Positions 55,701-64,000 of a stretch of DNA of 64,000 nucleotides are shown here, in pieces. How positions within the stretch are numbered: the first letter of the stretch is position 1; each line of letters starts with the position of its first letter. A program made the translations under genes and the position numbers. The notes beneath the pieces are model-generated. The model ran no database searches. It worked only from the letters and a program-made list of their open reading frames with translations, and had not been told where the DNA came from. The stretch is from an uncultured Eubacteriales bacterium. GTDB lineage: Bacteria > Bacillota > Clostridia > Oscillospirales > CAG-272. Location: positions 15,441 through 79,440 of the forward strand of contig URDX01000001.1 of NCBI GenBank assembly GCA_900546695.1, in the 5' to 3' direction.

Positions 55701-56250
55701 CATCACCGACAGCAAGAGCGGCTTGGTCAGCAAAAGCGGTACAACGGGTAACAATCGCGGCGAGATAACGGCTATCCGCCCCGCTGCGGCGTTCTATACC
55801 GAGGTACGTACGCCGAGCGCAAGCGCTGACGGTATTCCCGAGAGCGGAGAGGATTGTCTTGCCGCTGCGCGCGCAGCGATACGCCGCAGAGGTCTGATGC
55901 TCAGCGACCCCGAGGTAGCGGCGGCGCTCGACGATACGGGAGAGGGACACTTCATTCCCGCGCGACTTAAACGCGACGGCAGTCTGACAAGCCGCTCGGG
56001 CGCGCTGATGAGCGCCGAGGAAATAGCCGACAAGTGCGGCGAGGCAGAGGATGCGATACGCGGGGTCACCGCGGGTATACGCTCGGGCAGCATTGACGCG
56101 AGCCCGATGAGCGCGGGCTTCGGAAAGACCGCATGCGACTACTGCATGATGCGCCCCGTCTGCCGCAGCTGCGACCCCCGACTGCGCAGACCGACATCGC
56201 CCGCAGTTGGCAATAACAAAGAAAACAAAAGAAAGGGAGATAAGGCATGA
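52768..56250 (+). CDS. addB: Helicase-exonuclease AddAB subunit AddB
   Basis: It has an N-terminal degenerate P-loop (GVAGSGKS). The C-terminal PD-(D/E)XK nuclease carries an Fe-S cysteine cluster (CDYCMMRPVCRSC). Its stop overlaps the addA start. Confidence 0.9.
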   Translation: MITELQGVAGSGKSSRIYTLIGESLAAGRAVFLVVPEQTAVSAERRLSVYCAEHGIPTVDLEIVSFRRLANRVFREYGGLSYRYIGQGGKAVIAWRVLSQLSDELRHFRGISLSDISSVTAMCTQLDELRSGGISPTVLERAADQLGEGALADKLRDLSLISAAYGALLSIDHDDPKEDITRLAELLEEHDFFAGKDVFLDSFYGFTPDEFRVIGRMMKTADNLTIALQSAGEDSPFRDSAYATERRLHGLLPSGMKLHTERLNAPVGARAPLLRDLTACLSAGEHKMLHDTDGRTALYVCRDRYEEAEAAAAEILTHIRSGGRFSDCAVIVRRTSDWEGIADSVFARHGIPCFISRRSDAVKDPAVRLITASLEAVGHGWRTEDVIEILKTGLSPLTAEQCDTLEIYASSWHIRGRRWYDEYEWNMNPSGYSSTLGSDDIQVLETVNAAREKLVPPLMLLDLGSSTVERYCRAIYSYLLKLGLAERIAATGEDESVRLWNAIIDALDTLSSIAGELTVNADTMSKLVRLSLAGVTIGRIPTCVDEVTVGAADLYRPDGCRLALLLGCCDGEFPSAPAETGLLSERDRERLCELGINIGRDPAAALSDEFLYFYMALSAPSERLVLTRHTASDGAAVCPPSDGWETVAGMLDGAAPVQFSLLPPAARVFSAASALDWALGDDGIAAMNVCGTALARIPEFAAKLESRGAAVSVSRATLGRAVAEAIYGDTLNMSNSMIETYSACAFSYFGKYVLGLGETGGADFRASDVGNYIHDMLEHFVSELSAGRLPAEESDAGEYGRFVDEESTRYEHDILRGTEPDARQRSLFHRLRRTARLLVTDMADELRHSAFKPAFFELPFGAGEEIPPVSVESGGMTARLDGKIDRVDLCRKGDELLVKVTDYKTGTVPDLADSPSTGKGMQLLIYLLALCRDDGSLKRLLDDGYAAHGGYSDGTADTAASCDGNMICDSVSGSDGKIITDSKSGLVSKSGTTGNNRGEITAIRPAAAFYTEVRTPSASADGIPESGEDCLAAARAAIRRRGLMLSDPEVAAALDDTGEGHFIPARLKRDGSLTSRSGALMSAEEIADKCGEAEDAIRGVTAGIRSGSIDASPMSAGFGKTACDYCMMRPVCRSCDPRLRRPTSPAVGNNKENKRKGDKA

Positions 56251-59200
56251 GCGTTAAATGGACAGAAGCGCAGCTGCGCGCCATTGAAGCAGACGGCTGC
56301 GACCTGCTTGTCTCGGCGGCTGCGGGCTCGGGAAAAACCGCCGTGCTCACCGAGCGGCTGATACGCCGACTGTGCGACCCGAACCGCCCCGCCGACATTT
56401 CCCGCATGCTGATAGTGACCTTTACAAAGGCGGCGGCGGCCGAGCTGCGCGAAAAGATAGGCAAGGTCATCACCCGCGCATGCGAAGCAGATCCGTCAAA
56501 CCGCGCGCTCGCGCGGCAGAAAAGAAAACTGCCGAGCGCCGTTATCAGCACCATAGACAGCTTCTGCTACCGTATTATAAAGGAGAATTTTGCCGCGCTC
56601 GGAGTAGGTCCGGGTGTGCGCATAGCCGACGACAGCGAGGTCATTCCGCTCGCGCTCTCGGTCATGGACCGTGTTATCGACCGCCGTTACGATGCGTCAG
56701 CCGATGCGGGAGCAAACGGCAATACGGTTAAAAAAACAAACGCCGAAGCAGCCGACAAAGAAAGCGGCGAAACGAACGAAAAAATAAGCGACAATGCAGA
56801 CGAAACAGCGAACGCCGAGGAAAACTGCAAAGCAAACGACGGCTTTCTCCGCCTCTGCGACCTGCTCGTCTCCGACCGCGACGACGGGCTTGCCGTGCGT
56901 CTGTACGGCTTTTACGACAAGGTACAAAAGTTCATCGGACGGGAGCGGATTTTTCTCGAATCCGCCCTGCGTCTTGAGCGCGCCCGCGACGAGGATTATT
57001 TCGCCACACCGTGGGGAGAATCCGACCGCCGCTCGCTGCTCTCATCACTCGAATACTATCGCGCCGAGTATGAGCACGCGCTTGCGCTCGTACAGTCGGA
57101 CGAGGATATGAAGAAGAAGTTCGAGGGCTCGCTGACGGCGGACCTCGAGCTGATAGACAGTCTCAGACTCGCCTCGCAGTCGGGCTATGCTGCGGCTGCC
57201 GAGGTATTCTCGTGCTATACGCCCGTCCGCATCGGGCGCAGCAGCACCTCTTCGCCCGACATCAGCCGCGTGCAGAGCATCCGAGAGGGCTTTTCCGCAT
57301 ACCGCAAGTCACTTGCGTCGTTTTTTGCACCCACCACCGCCGCGATATCGGCATCAATGGCAGAATCGGCGGGCATCATGCGCGAGCTGTACGGCGTGCT
57401 CTCAGAGTTCGGTGCAGAGTTTTCCGCCGAAAAGCGCCGCCGCGGCTTTATCGACTACGCCGACGCGGAAAATCTCACACTTGACCTGTTGATTCAAAAC
57501 GGCGAGCCCACCGCGCTTGCGGGTCGGATAGCGGAGGATTATGACGAAATATATATAGACGAATATCAGGACATAAACCCGATACAGGATGCAATCTTCT
57601 CCGCCATCTCGCGCGGAAACCGCTTTATGGTCGGCGATATCAAGCAGTCAATCTACCGTTTTCGCGGCGCAGAGCCCGACATATTCTCGGATTATCGCTC
57701 TCGCTTCCCCAAGTTTACAAGGGCTGATGATGCGGCGGGCTCGGACGGTCGGACCGTATTTCTGTCGAACAATTTCCGCTGCGACCGCACGGTAACGGGC
57801 TTTGTAAACGACGTTTTTCGCCGCATTATGACACCGCAGTGCGGCAGCAGGCTCAGCTACACCGAGGATGACGAGCTCGTATGCTCGAAGGTCGAGGAAG
57901 GCAGGGTGCGCCCCGAAGCAAAGACGCGCGTTGTGCTGATAACGCCTGAGCCCGAGTTCGACGCAGACGACGGAAGTGACGACGCACTGCCGAGCGCGGC
58001 GGGCGCGGCGGGCGCGGATGGAAAAACAGGCGCGACGGGCACATCAGACGAGGTCGACACGGTCGAGCTCTCCGCCTCCGATGCCGAGGCGGAATACGTC
58101 GCTGCAGAGTCGGCGCGGCTGATACGAAGCGGGCTGTACACCCCGTCGGATATACGCATTCTCACCCGCACCGCATCGGGAAAGGAGAGCTTTGTACGCG
58201 CATTCCGCCGTCACGGCGTTCCGCTCGCGGCAGAGCGCGCGGTTCCGTTCTTCCGCCGCCCGCATATCCTGCTTGCGCTTGCACTGCTGCGCACCATCGA
58301 CAATCCCCGTCGCAGCATCCCGCTGACATCGGTACTGCTCAGCCCGATAGGCGGCTTTACTCCCGAGGAGCTTACACGGATACGCCGCGGCATACTCCCG
58401 GACGGCAGCTCTGATTATGCACGCGCGCGCCCGAGCGGCAGCATCTACGCATCGCTGCAGAGCTATGCCGGGGAAAGCGCCGACAAGAAGGTCTGCGCCT
58501 TTCTCTCACTGATCGACTCGCTGCGCAGCCGCGCACCGTCAACGCCCTCCGACCGATTGATATGGCAGCTGTTTTCGGAAACGCCGCTGCTCAGCTGCGG
58601 AAATCCCGCGGACGGCTTTTCGCGCGAGGTAATGCGGCGCGACCTGCTGCGGCTGTATGAATTTGCACGGCAGCGCGAAGCGGGAGGCTTTAAGGGTCTG
58701 TCGCAGCTGCTGCGTTCGATAGACGAGCTGTGCGAGACGAACGAGAGCTTTATCTTTGACGACGGCGAGGGAGACGAGAACGCCGTCCGCATAATGACGA
58801 TGCACAAGTCTAAGGGTCTCGAGTTTCCCGTTTGCTTTGTCTGCGGCTGCGCAAAGGCGATAGATGCCATGAGCCGCCTTGACACAAACGACATTATGCT
58901 GATAGACAAGCAGCTCGGTGCGGTAACGCGGCTGCTCGACGGCAGCGGCTTTATCCGCTACGCGACACCGATGTTCGACGCAACGGCGCAGAAAAACAGC
59001 GCGGAGCTGTACGACGAGGAGCTGCGTATACTCTATGTTGCTCTCACCCGCGCGCGGGAGCGACTGTACGTCACGGCATCCACAAAGGAGCCCGAGCGGC
59101 TGCTCGATGCAGCACGCGAGGAAGCGCAATACCCATCGGAGCACACGCATTTCAGTCGTGCAAGCTACATAAAGTGGATACTCTCCGCAATGCTGCCGCA

Positions 59201-60539
59201 GACAGGAAAATCCGAAGCTGCGGCGGACACCGTGCTTGAAGCGGCAAAGCGCGGCGCGATAAAGCTCGCCGAGACCGAAAGCGCGGCGGCGGAGCTGCTG
59301 ACATACCGTGAGGAGCGCGGTGTGCCCATTCTCAGCCGTTCGGCGCTGAGCGGCGGTGAGCTCATGCTGCCGCAGAGCGGCTTTTCGGATGACAGCACCG
59401 ACTGCAGCACCGACGGTGAGCGCATATCGCACAACAGGAGCGCCTCACAGATAAGCAGCGACGGAATAAACGCGCCGCAGTATGACGGGGATACGGTCGA
59501 TGCGGCTTCCCTGCACACCGACAACGTATTCAGCACAGCATCACCGCACACTGCGTGTATATTCGGCGAGCCGAGCGCTGAGGAGCTTGAGCGGCGGATA
59601 TTCTTCGACTATCCGCGCGCTTTTGCCGCGCGCCTACCCGCGAAGCTGTCGGTAACATCGCTGCACCCCGGTATGCTCGACGATGACGACGCGCTCTCAC
59701 CCGAGCAAGCGAACAGATATTATCTCGGCATTCCCGAGCCCTGCCGCAATGTCACGGGCGGGGAGGATGTCGGATTCGACGCGGCAAGCGACGGAGCGCA
59801 TGACGATGTACAAAACAACACGCACGACGGTGCGCGAGGCAATGTGCACGACAGCACGCAAAATATGCAAAATGACGCCCCCCGCACGCCCGCAGAGCCG
59901 AGCGGAGCAATGCGCCGACCATCCTTTGCGGGAGGCGCGGAGGAACAGGCGAGCGGTGCCGACCGCGGCACTGCGGTGCATGTTTTTCTGCAGTTCTGTG
60001 ACTGGGGTCGTGTGCTGTCAGACGGCGTAGACACAGAGCTCGAATATCTGACGGAGCACGGATTAATGACCGCACAGACGGCAGAACTCGTCGACCGCGA
60101 AAAAGCCTCCCGTTTCTTCTCTTCCCGTCTCTTTGAGGATGCCCGCAGCGCCCGCAGGGTATGGCGCGAGCTGCGCTTCAATATCCTGCTCCCCGCCTCC
60201 GACTATACGGAGAGCGCCGAGCGGAGAGCGCTGCTGTCGGGCGAGCAGCTGCTGATACAGGGTATCATCGACTGCATGTACATAAGCGCAGACGGAAAAC
60301 TGCGTCTGCTCGATTACAAGACCGACCGTCTCCCCCACGACCCCGATAAAGCCGCACGGCTGCTCACGGAGCGCTACGGCGAACAGATGCGCACGTACAT
60401 GCGCGCGGCGGAGCAGATAGCGCGTATGCCGCTCGACCGCTGCGTCATATTTGCCCTCTCATCGGGCAGGGAGATCGTGCTGCGCGAAAACGGAGTAGAT
60501 ACCCCGCTTGCGTCTGTCGCTCCCGAGGCGCACGCTTAA
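56247..60539 (+). CDS. addA: Helicase-exonuclease AddAB subunit AddA
   Basis: It has a UvrD-type helicase region (AAAGSGKTAVL, DEYQDINPIQ) and a C-terminal RecB-type nuclease (GIIDCMY...LLDYKTD). Several low-complexity insertions are present. Confidence 0.93.
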   Translation: MSVKWTEAQLRAIEADGCDLLVSAAAGSGKTAVLTERLIRRLCDPNRPADISRMLIVTFTKAAAAELREKIGKVITRACEADPSNRALARQKRKLPSAVISTIDSFCYRIIKENFAALGVGPGVRIADDSEVIPLALSVMDRVIDRRYDASADAGANGNTVKKTNAEAADKESGETNEKISDNADETANAEENCKANDGFLRLCDLLVSDRDDGLAVRLYGFYDKVQKFIGRERIFLESALRLERARDEDYFATPWGESDRRSLLSSLEYYRAEYEHALALVQSDEDMKKKFEGSLTADLELIDSLRLASQSGYAAAAEVFSCYTPVRIGRSSTSSPDISRVQSIREGFSAYRKSLASFFAPTTAAISASMAESAGIMRELYGVLSEFGAEFSAEKRRRGFIDYADAENLTLDLLIQNGEPTALAGRIAEDYDEIYIDEYQDINPIQDAIFSAISRGNRFMVGDIKQSIYRFRGAEPDIFSDYRSRFPKFTRADDAAGSDGRTVFLSNNFRCDRTVTGFVNDVFRRIMTPQCGSRLSYTEDDELVCSKVEEGRVRPEAKTRVVLITPEPEFDADDGSDDALPSAAGAAGADGKTGATGTSDEVDTVELSASDAEAEYVAAESARLIRSGLYTPSDIRILTRTASGKESFVRAFRRHGVPLAAERAVPFFRRPHILLALALLRTIDNPRRSIPLTSVLLSPIGGFTPEELTRIRRGILPDGSSDYARARPSGSIYASLQSYAGESADKKVCAFLSLIDSLRSRAPSTPSDRLIWQLFSETPLLSCGNPADGFSREVMRRDLLRLYEFARQREAGGFKGLSQLLRSIDELCETNESFIFDDGEGDENAVRIMTMHKSKGLEFPVCFVCGCAKAIDAMSRLDTNDIMLIDKQLGAVTRLLDGSGFIRYATPMFDATAQKNSAELYDEELRILYVALTRARERLYVTASTKEPERLLDAAREEAQYPSEHTHFSRASYIKWILSAMLPQTGKSEAAADTVLEAAKRGAIKLAETESAAAELLTYREERGVPILSRSALSGGELMLPQSGFSDDSTDCSTDGERISHNRSASQISSDGINAPQYDGDTVDAASLHTDNVFSTASPHTACIFGEPSAEELERRIFFDYPRAFAARLPAKLSVTSLHPGMLDDDDALSPEQANRYYLGIPEPCRNVTGGEDVGFDAASDGAHDDVQNNTHDGARGNVHDSTQNMQNDAPRTPAEPSGAMRRPSFAGGAEEQASGADRGTAVHVFLQFCDWGRVLSDGVDTELEYLTEHGLMTAQTAELVDREKASRFFSSRLFEDARSARRVWRELRFNILLPASDYTESAERRALLSGEQLLIQGIIDCMYISADGKLRLLDYKTDRLPHDPDKAARLLTERYGEQMRTYMRAAEQIARMPLDRCVIFALSSGREIVLRENGVDTPLASVAPEAHA

Positions 60540-60618
60540 ATTTGCACATAACTGTTCAAAGTACTCCCGCAAAATGCCCCCGCATAATGATTCAAAATTC
60601 CCTGCATAGCGATTTAAA

Positions 60619-60665
60619 ATGCCCCCGCAGATGCAAGCATCTGCGGGGGCATAAATCATTTTTTG
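60619..60665. terminator. Bidirectional terminator between addA and prkC
   Basis: The 14-bp stem is gcccccgcagatgc / gcatctgcgggggc, followed by ataaatcatttttt. Confidence 0.75.
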
Positions 60666-60739
60666 GGGGTCGGCACAGCCGCGTCCGTTTCCGAATACGG
60701 AAGCTTGCCGCGCGCCTTGCTTTTCAGCGAATCGGCGGT

Positions 60740-62455
60740 TCAATCCTTATCCGAATCCGTCGTTTCCTCGCTTCCGTCTCCGAGACTGACCGTAAAGTCT
60801 ATCTCGGTCACGCCGACGGGCACCTTTGAGCCTACCGCCTTGCTCTGCAATACTATCTGACCCTTAGGATATTTATCGTTCTTCTCATAGGTTATCTTTC
60901 CGTATGTAATGCCGAGCGAATTCAGGGTAGATATCGCATCCGACTCGGACATTCCGACGAAGGTCGGCACCGTCACATACTCAATATTCGGACCGAGACT
61001 GTAAAATATCTTAACGGTATCACCGCGCTTGACGGTCGAGCCCGCGGGCGGGTCAGTGCGCAGCGTGTAATACTCAATAAGGGTGTTATCATACTCACCG
61101 TATTCCTCGACCTTGAGTCCCTGCTTCTGCAGCTCAAGCTTTGCCGTACGATACTCAACTACCGAATAATCCTCCAGCGTAAACGAGCCGGCGCCCGTGC
61201 AGACGGTGAGCTTAACATCCGCCTTCTGCGTATCGCGCTTTACCTTTCTCGCCGCCCCCTCGTCGGGCTCCTGCGCGAGAATGTAGCCCTCCTCATGGTC
61301 CGGGTCATATTCCTCGGTAACTATGATATTGAAATACCCCTCGTCCTCGATTTTCTGCTTCAGCTCGTCGTCATATATCTGACCTAAGTATCCCGGCACA
61401 TTGACGGTCACGCCCTGCGACTCCTTAGAGCGGTCGAGCGCGTTTTTCAGCACGACGATGCCCGTCGTTATCAGCACGAGCATAAAGGCGGTAACGACTG
61501 CCGCGATTATCGGGAACATCGAGCGGCTCTGCTTCTTTGCGGTTTTTTTGCCGCCCTTTCCGCGCTGTACGGGTATCTGCGCGGTGCTGCCCGTGTGGTG
61601 CGCCTTGAAGTTATAACCGGGGTCCTCGCGCAGCCGCAGCACGTAATGCAGCATGACCGACGCACTCTGAAAGCGCTTGTCGGGGTCCTTTTCCATCGCC
61701 GTCAGTATCATTGCCTCGACTCCGGGCGGGATTGACGGCAGCAGCTCGCGGGGTGGGCGCGGCTGATTATTAACCTGCATCAGCGCGACCGAAACGGGGC
61801 TGTCTGCGACGAACGGGAGCTTACCCGTCGCCATCTCGTACATGACAACGCCGAGCGAATAGATATCGCTGCGCGGGTCTATCTTCTTTCCGCTCGCCTG
61901 CTCGGGGCTGATGTAGTAGACCGTTCCTATCGCCTTGTCGGTCATTGTGACCGTTTCGGCGTTCGGCAGCTTGGCTATTCCGAAGTCGGTGACCTTTATC
62001 TTGCCGTTCTTGAGCAGCATTATATTCTGCGGCTTTATATCGCGGTGGATTATGCCCTTTGAATGTGCATGGTCGAGCGCGCGGAGTATCTGAGCCGTGT
62101 AGTTCATTATCTCCTTGGGCGGCAGCGGACCGCGCGAATTCATGTAATTCTTCAGCGTTATGCCGTCGACGCGCTCCATAACGATGTATTTCAGGTCGTC
62201 ACGTACCGACACGTCATATATGCTGACGATATTAGGATGCGAGAGCATCGAAACGGCGCGAGACTCGTTTATAAAGCGCTTCACCGCCTGTGCGTCCCCC
62301 GCAATCTCCTCCTTGAGCATCTTAACGGCAACGGTCCGTTTCATGACGGTATCCACCGCCTCGAAAACCACCGCCATTCCGCCGACGCCGATTATCCGTA
62401 CTATTCTGTACCGACGGTCGAATATCTGACCGACGTATTTATCGTACTTATCCAT
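60740..62455 (-). CDS. prkC: PASTA-domain Ser/Thr protein kinase
   Basis: It has a Hanks kinase N-terminus (HRDIKPQN, DFGIA), one TM segment and three PASTA-like repeats. Confidence 0.95.
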   Translation of the reverse strand: MDKYDKYVGQIFDRRYRIVRIIGVGGMAVVFEAVDTVMKRTVAVKMLKEEIAGDAQAVKRFINESRAVSMLSHPNIVSIYDVSVRDDLKYIVMERVDGITLKNYMNSRGPLPPKEIMNYTAQILRALDHAHSKGIIHRDIKPQNIMLLKNGKIKVTDFGIAKLPNAETVTMTDKAIGTVYYISPEQASGKKIDPRSDIYSLGVVMYEMATGKLPFVADSPVSVALMQVNNQPRPPRELLPSIPPGVEAMILTAMEKDPDKRFQSASVMLHYVLRLREDPGYNFKAHHTGSTAQIPVQRGKGGKKTAKKQSRSMFPIIAAVVTAFMLVLITTGIVVLKNALDRSKESQGVTVNVPGYLGQIYDDELKQKIEDEGYFNIIVTEEYDPDHEEGYILAQEPDEGAARKVKRDTQKADVKLTVCTGAGSFTLEDYSVVEYRTAKLELQKQGLKVEEYGEYDNTLIEYYTLRTDPPAGSTVKRGDTVKIFYSLGPNIEYVTVPTFVGMSESDAISTLNSLGITYGKITYEKNDKYPKGQIVLQSKAVGSKVPVGVTEIDFTVSLGDGSEETTDSDKD

Positions 62456-63635
62456 TGGCTGTTTCCTTTTCCCGTTCGGCGTCCTGCCCTACGTATTTTA
62501 TCAGCAGCGCGGTGATGTTGTCTCCGCCGCCGCCCTCGTTTGCGCGATTGATAAGCTGCTCCGTCTTTATGCGCAGCTCCTCCTCCGCATCGTCCTCTCC
62601 TACCGCATCGCTGCCGTAGCCCCAAACGGTGTCGCGGATATCGTCCGCATCTACATATCCCGTCAGACCGTCACTGCACAGCAGAATGTAGGTCGGGACC
62701 TCGGTCAGCGTCATGGACGATGTGTCGGTCTCTACCGTTTTTTCATTACCCACGGCGCGGGTTATGACGTTGCGATAAGGGTTCGTCAGTGCCTCCTCCG
62801 ACGTTATCTGACCCATATCTATGAGATACTGAACATATGAATGGTCGCGTGTCAGCTGAACCATGTCGCCGCCGCAAAACAGATATATCCTGCTGTCGCC
62901 GACGCTCGCGATGTACAGCTTGTTACCGACGGTCAGCGCCGCGACAACGGTCGTTCCCATGCCGCGCAGCTTCTTTTCCTTTGACGCGCGCTCGTAGACG
63001 GCATCGTTGGCTGCGGAAACGGCATCGGCAAGCAGCGATTCGACCACATGCGGCAGCGGCTGCTCGGGTGAGAATTCGGTAACGGTGTCGTCACCGTCAG
63101 CAGTTTTACCGTCAGCAGTTTGACTGTCTGCAGCATCGCCGTCGGACGTTTCACCACCTGCGCCGTTCGATTCGCCGCCTACGGCATCGGTCTCGCCGTC
63201 AGACTCATCCGAGCCGCCGTCCGATATCGCATTCACACCGTCGGACTTTACGCCGTCGGAATCTTCTTTGTCGGAAGTCCCGACATCGGAGCGTCCCGCC
63301 CCGTCTGCGGCGCCCGCATCATCACTGCCGCCCGATTTCGCATCACTCCCGACGCCGAAAAATTCGGTCGTCTCGGCGAGCGGTCCGAGCGCGTCGGTAT
63401 CCTCGGGCAGATCGAGCATTCCCGTATCGGGCGAAACAAACTGACCGAGCGCGTTTCCGAGATATTCGGTAAACACGCGCGCCGCCATCTCGCTCGCGAT
63501 ATTTCCGCCGTTCGCGCCGCCCATACCATCGCATACGACGAATATCTCGGCGTTCTCGGCTATTTTGAGATAACCGAAGGAATCCTGATTATTCTCTCTG
63601 TGCAGTCCGACATCACTGAGTCCGTAAAATATCAT
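62448..63635 (-). CDS. stp: PP2C-type Ser/Thr phosphatase (Stp) with a roughly 140-aa acidic insertion
   Basis: The PP2C motifs are GLSDVGLHRENNQDSF, VCDGMGG, GMGTTV and LCSDGL. A D/G/S-rich insertion lies at about nt 63020-63435. Confidence 0.9.
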   Translation of the reverse strand: MIFYGLSDVGLHRENNQDSFGYLKIAENAEIFVVCDGMGGANGGNIASEMAARVFTEYLGNALGQFVSPDTGMLDLPEDTDALGPLAETTEFFGVGSDAKSGGSDDAGAADGAGRSDVGTSDKEDSDGVKSDGVNAISDGGSDESDGETDAVGGESNGAGGETSDGDAADSQTADGKTADGDDTVTEFSPEQPLPHVVESLLADAVSAANDAVYERASKEKKLRGMGTTVVAALTVGNKLYIASVGDSRIYLFCGGDMVQLTRDHSYVQYLIDMGQITSEEALTNPYRNVITRAVGNEKTVETDTSSMTLTEVPTYILLCSDGLTGYVDADDIRDTVWGYGSDAVGEDDAEEELRIKTEQLINRANEGGGGDNITALLIKYVGQDAEREKETANG

Positions 63636-63639
63636 ACCT

Positions 63640-64000
63640 TCAGTCTCCCTCTGCCCCATCGGGCGTTTTCTTGTTTTCCGCAGTGTCGGCAAGCCCCGCC
63701 GCGCGCCGCAGCTGACCGCAGGAGGCGTTTATATCCGCGCCGAGATGCCGACGCACGGTGGCGTTCACACCGAGTCTGCACAGCTCCTCGCAGAACTTCC
63801 GTGAGCGCGGACTGCGGCGAAAATCCCTCTCCTTGACCTCGTTCACGGGTATCAGATTCACGTGACACGGCTCCGAGCCGAAGTAGCGGTGCAGCAGCGC
63901 CGCAAGCCTCTCAGCATGCGCGGTATCGTCGTTGCGTCCCGCTATCAGCGTAAATTCAAACGATATTCTGCGCCCCGTTTCATCGAAGTAATCGCGGCAT
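63640..64000 (-). CDS. rlmN: 23S rRNA/tRNA (adenine-C2)-methyltransferase RlmN, C-terminal part (runs off window)
   Basis: The minus-strand translation is ...RISFEFTLIAGRNDDTAHAERLAALL...HVNLIPVNEVKERDF...TVRRHLGADINASCGQLR. Confidence 0.85.
   Translation of the reverse strand, partial: CRDYFDETGRRISFEFTLIAGRNDDTAHAERLAALLHRYFGSEPCHVNLIPVNEVKERDFRRSPRSRKFCEELCRLGVNATVRRHLGADINASCGQLRRAAGLADTAENKKTPDGAEGD

Overview
This 64-kb window looks like a high-GC Clostridia chromosome, probably Oscillospiraceae/Ruminococcaceae-like. Supporting signs are a dockerin protein, ctsR-mcsA-mcsB-clpC, addBA, a PASTA kinase, and T-box and ZTP leaders.

Layout:
(1) nt 1-8.5k is the right-hand part of an integrative mobilizable element. 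It carries an RdRP/YonO-like two-barrel polymerase homolog, a wHTH protein, an excisionase, an RHH MobC-like protein, a MobL relaxase fused to Sel1 repeats, and two tandem tyrosine recombinases. It is followed by an AT-rich MerR/GyrI-like gene and tRNA-Pro(UGG).
(2) Core genes: murA, a DUF3810 protease-like gene, an RluA-type synthase, the CtsR regulon operon with CtsR boxes, a SLOG protein, and glyA behind a ZTP riboswitch.
(3) An accessory block at 22.9-34.6k, all on the minus strand. It holds a 2427-aa modular beta-helix surface protein, an unannotated 33-aa acidic ORF with a lasso-leader-like YxxP N-terminus, and an LRR membrane protein. It also holds a translationally coupled 4-gene cassette of an HprK-like kinase, a PqqD/RRE protein, an S24/S26 peptidase and an NTP_transf_5 nucleotidyltransferase, with no lasso cyclase. 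I consider this cassette plus the small ORF the best candidate for an undescribed RiPP-like system.
(4) Further core genes: mgtE with a long atypical leader, coaX, an ECF S-component, a dockerin protein, thrS with a Thr T-box, an amino-acid ABC transporter, an amidase, rbfA-nrnA-truB, addB-addA, and prkC-stp-rlmN.

Other signals:
- A family of about 230-nt intergenic hairpin elements that begin immediately after stop codons.
- A 16-bp tandem repeat array upstream of the glyA promoter.
- A structured murA leader.
- A 100-bp near-identical in-frame repeat inside the giant gene.
- Recurrent acidic low-complexity insertions in housekeeping proteins.

All calls come from reading the sequence and ORF translations by eye. 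No database search was run.
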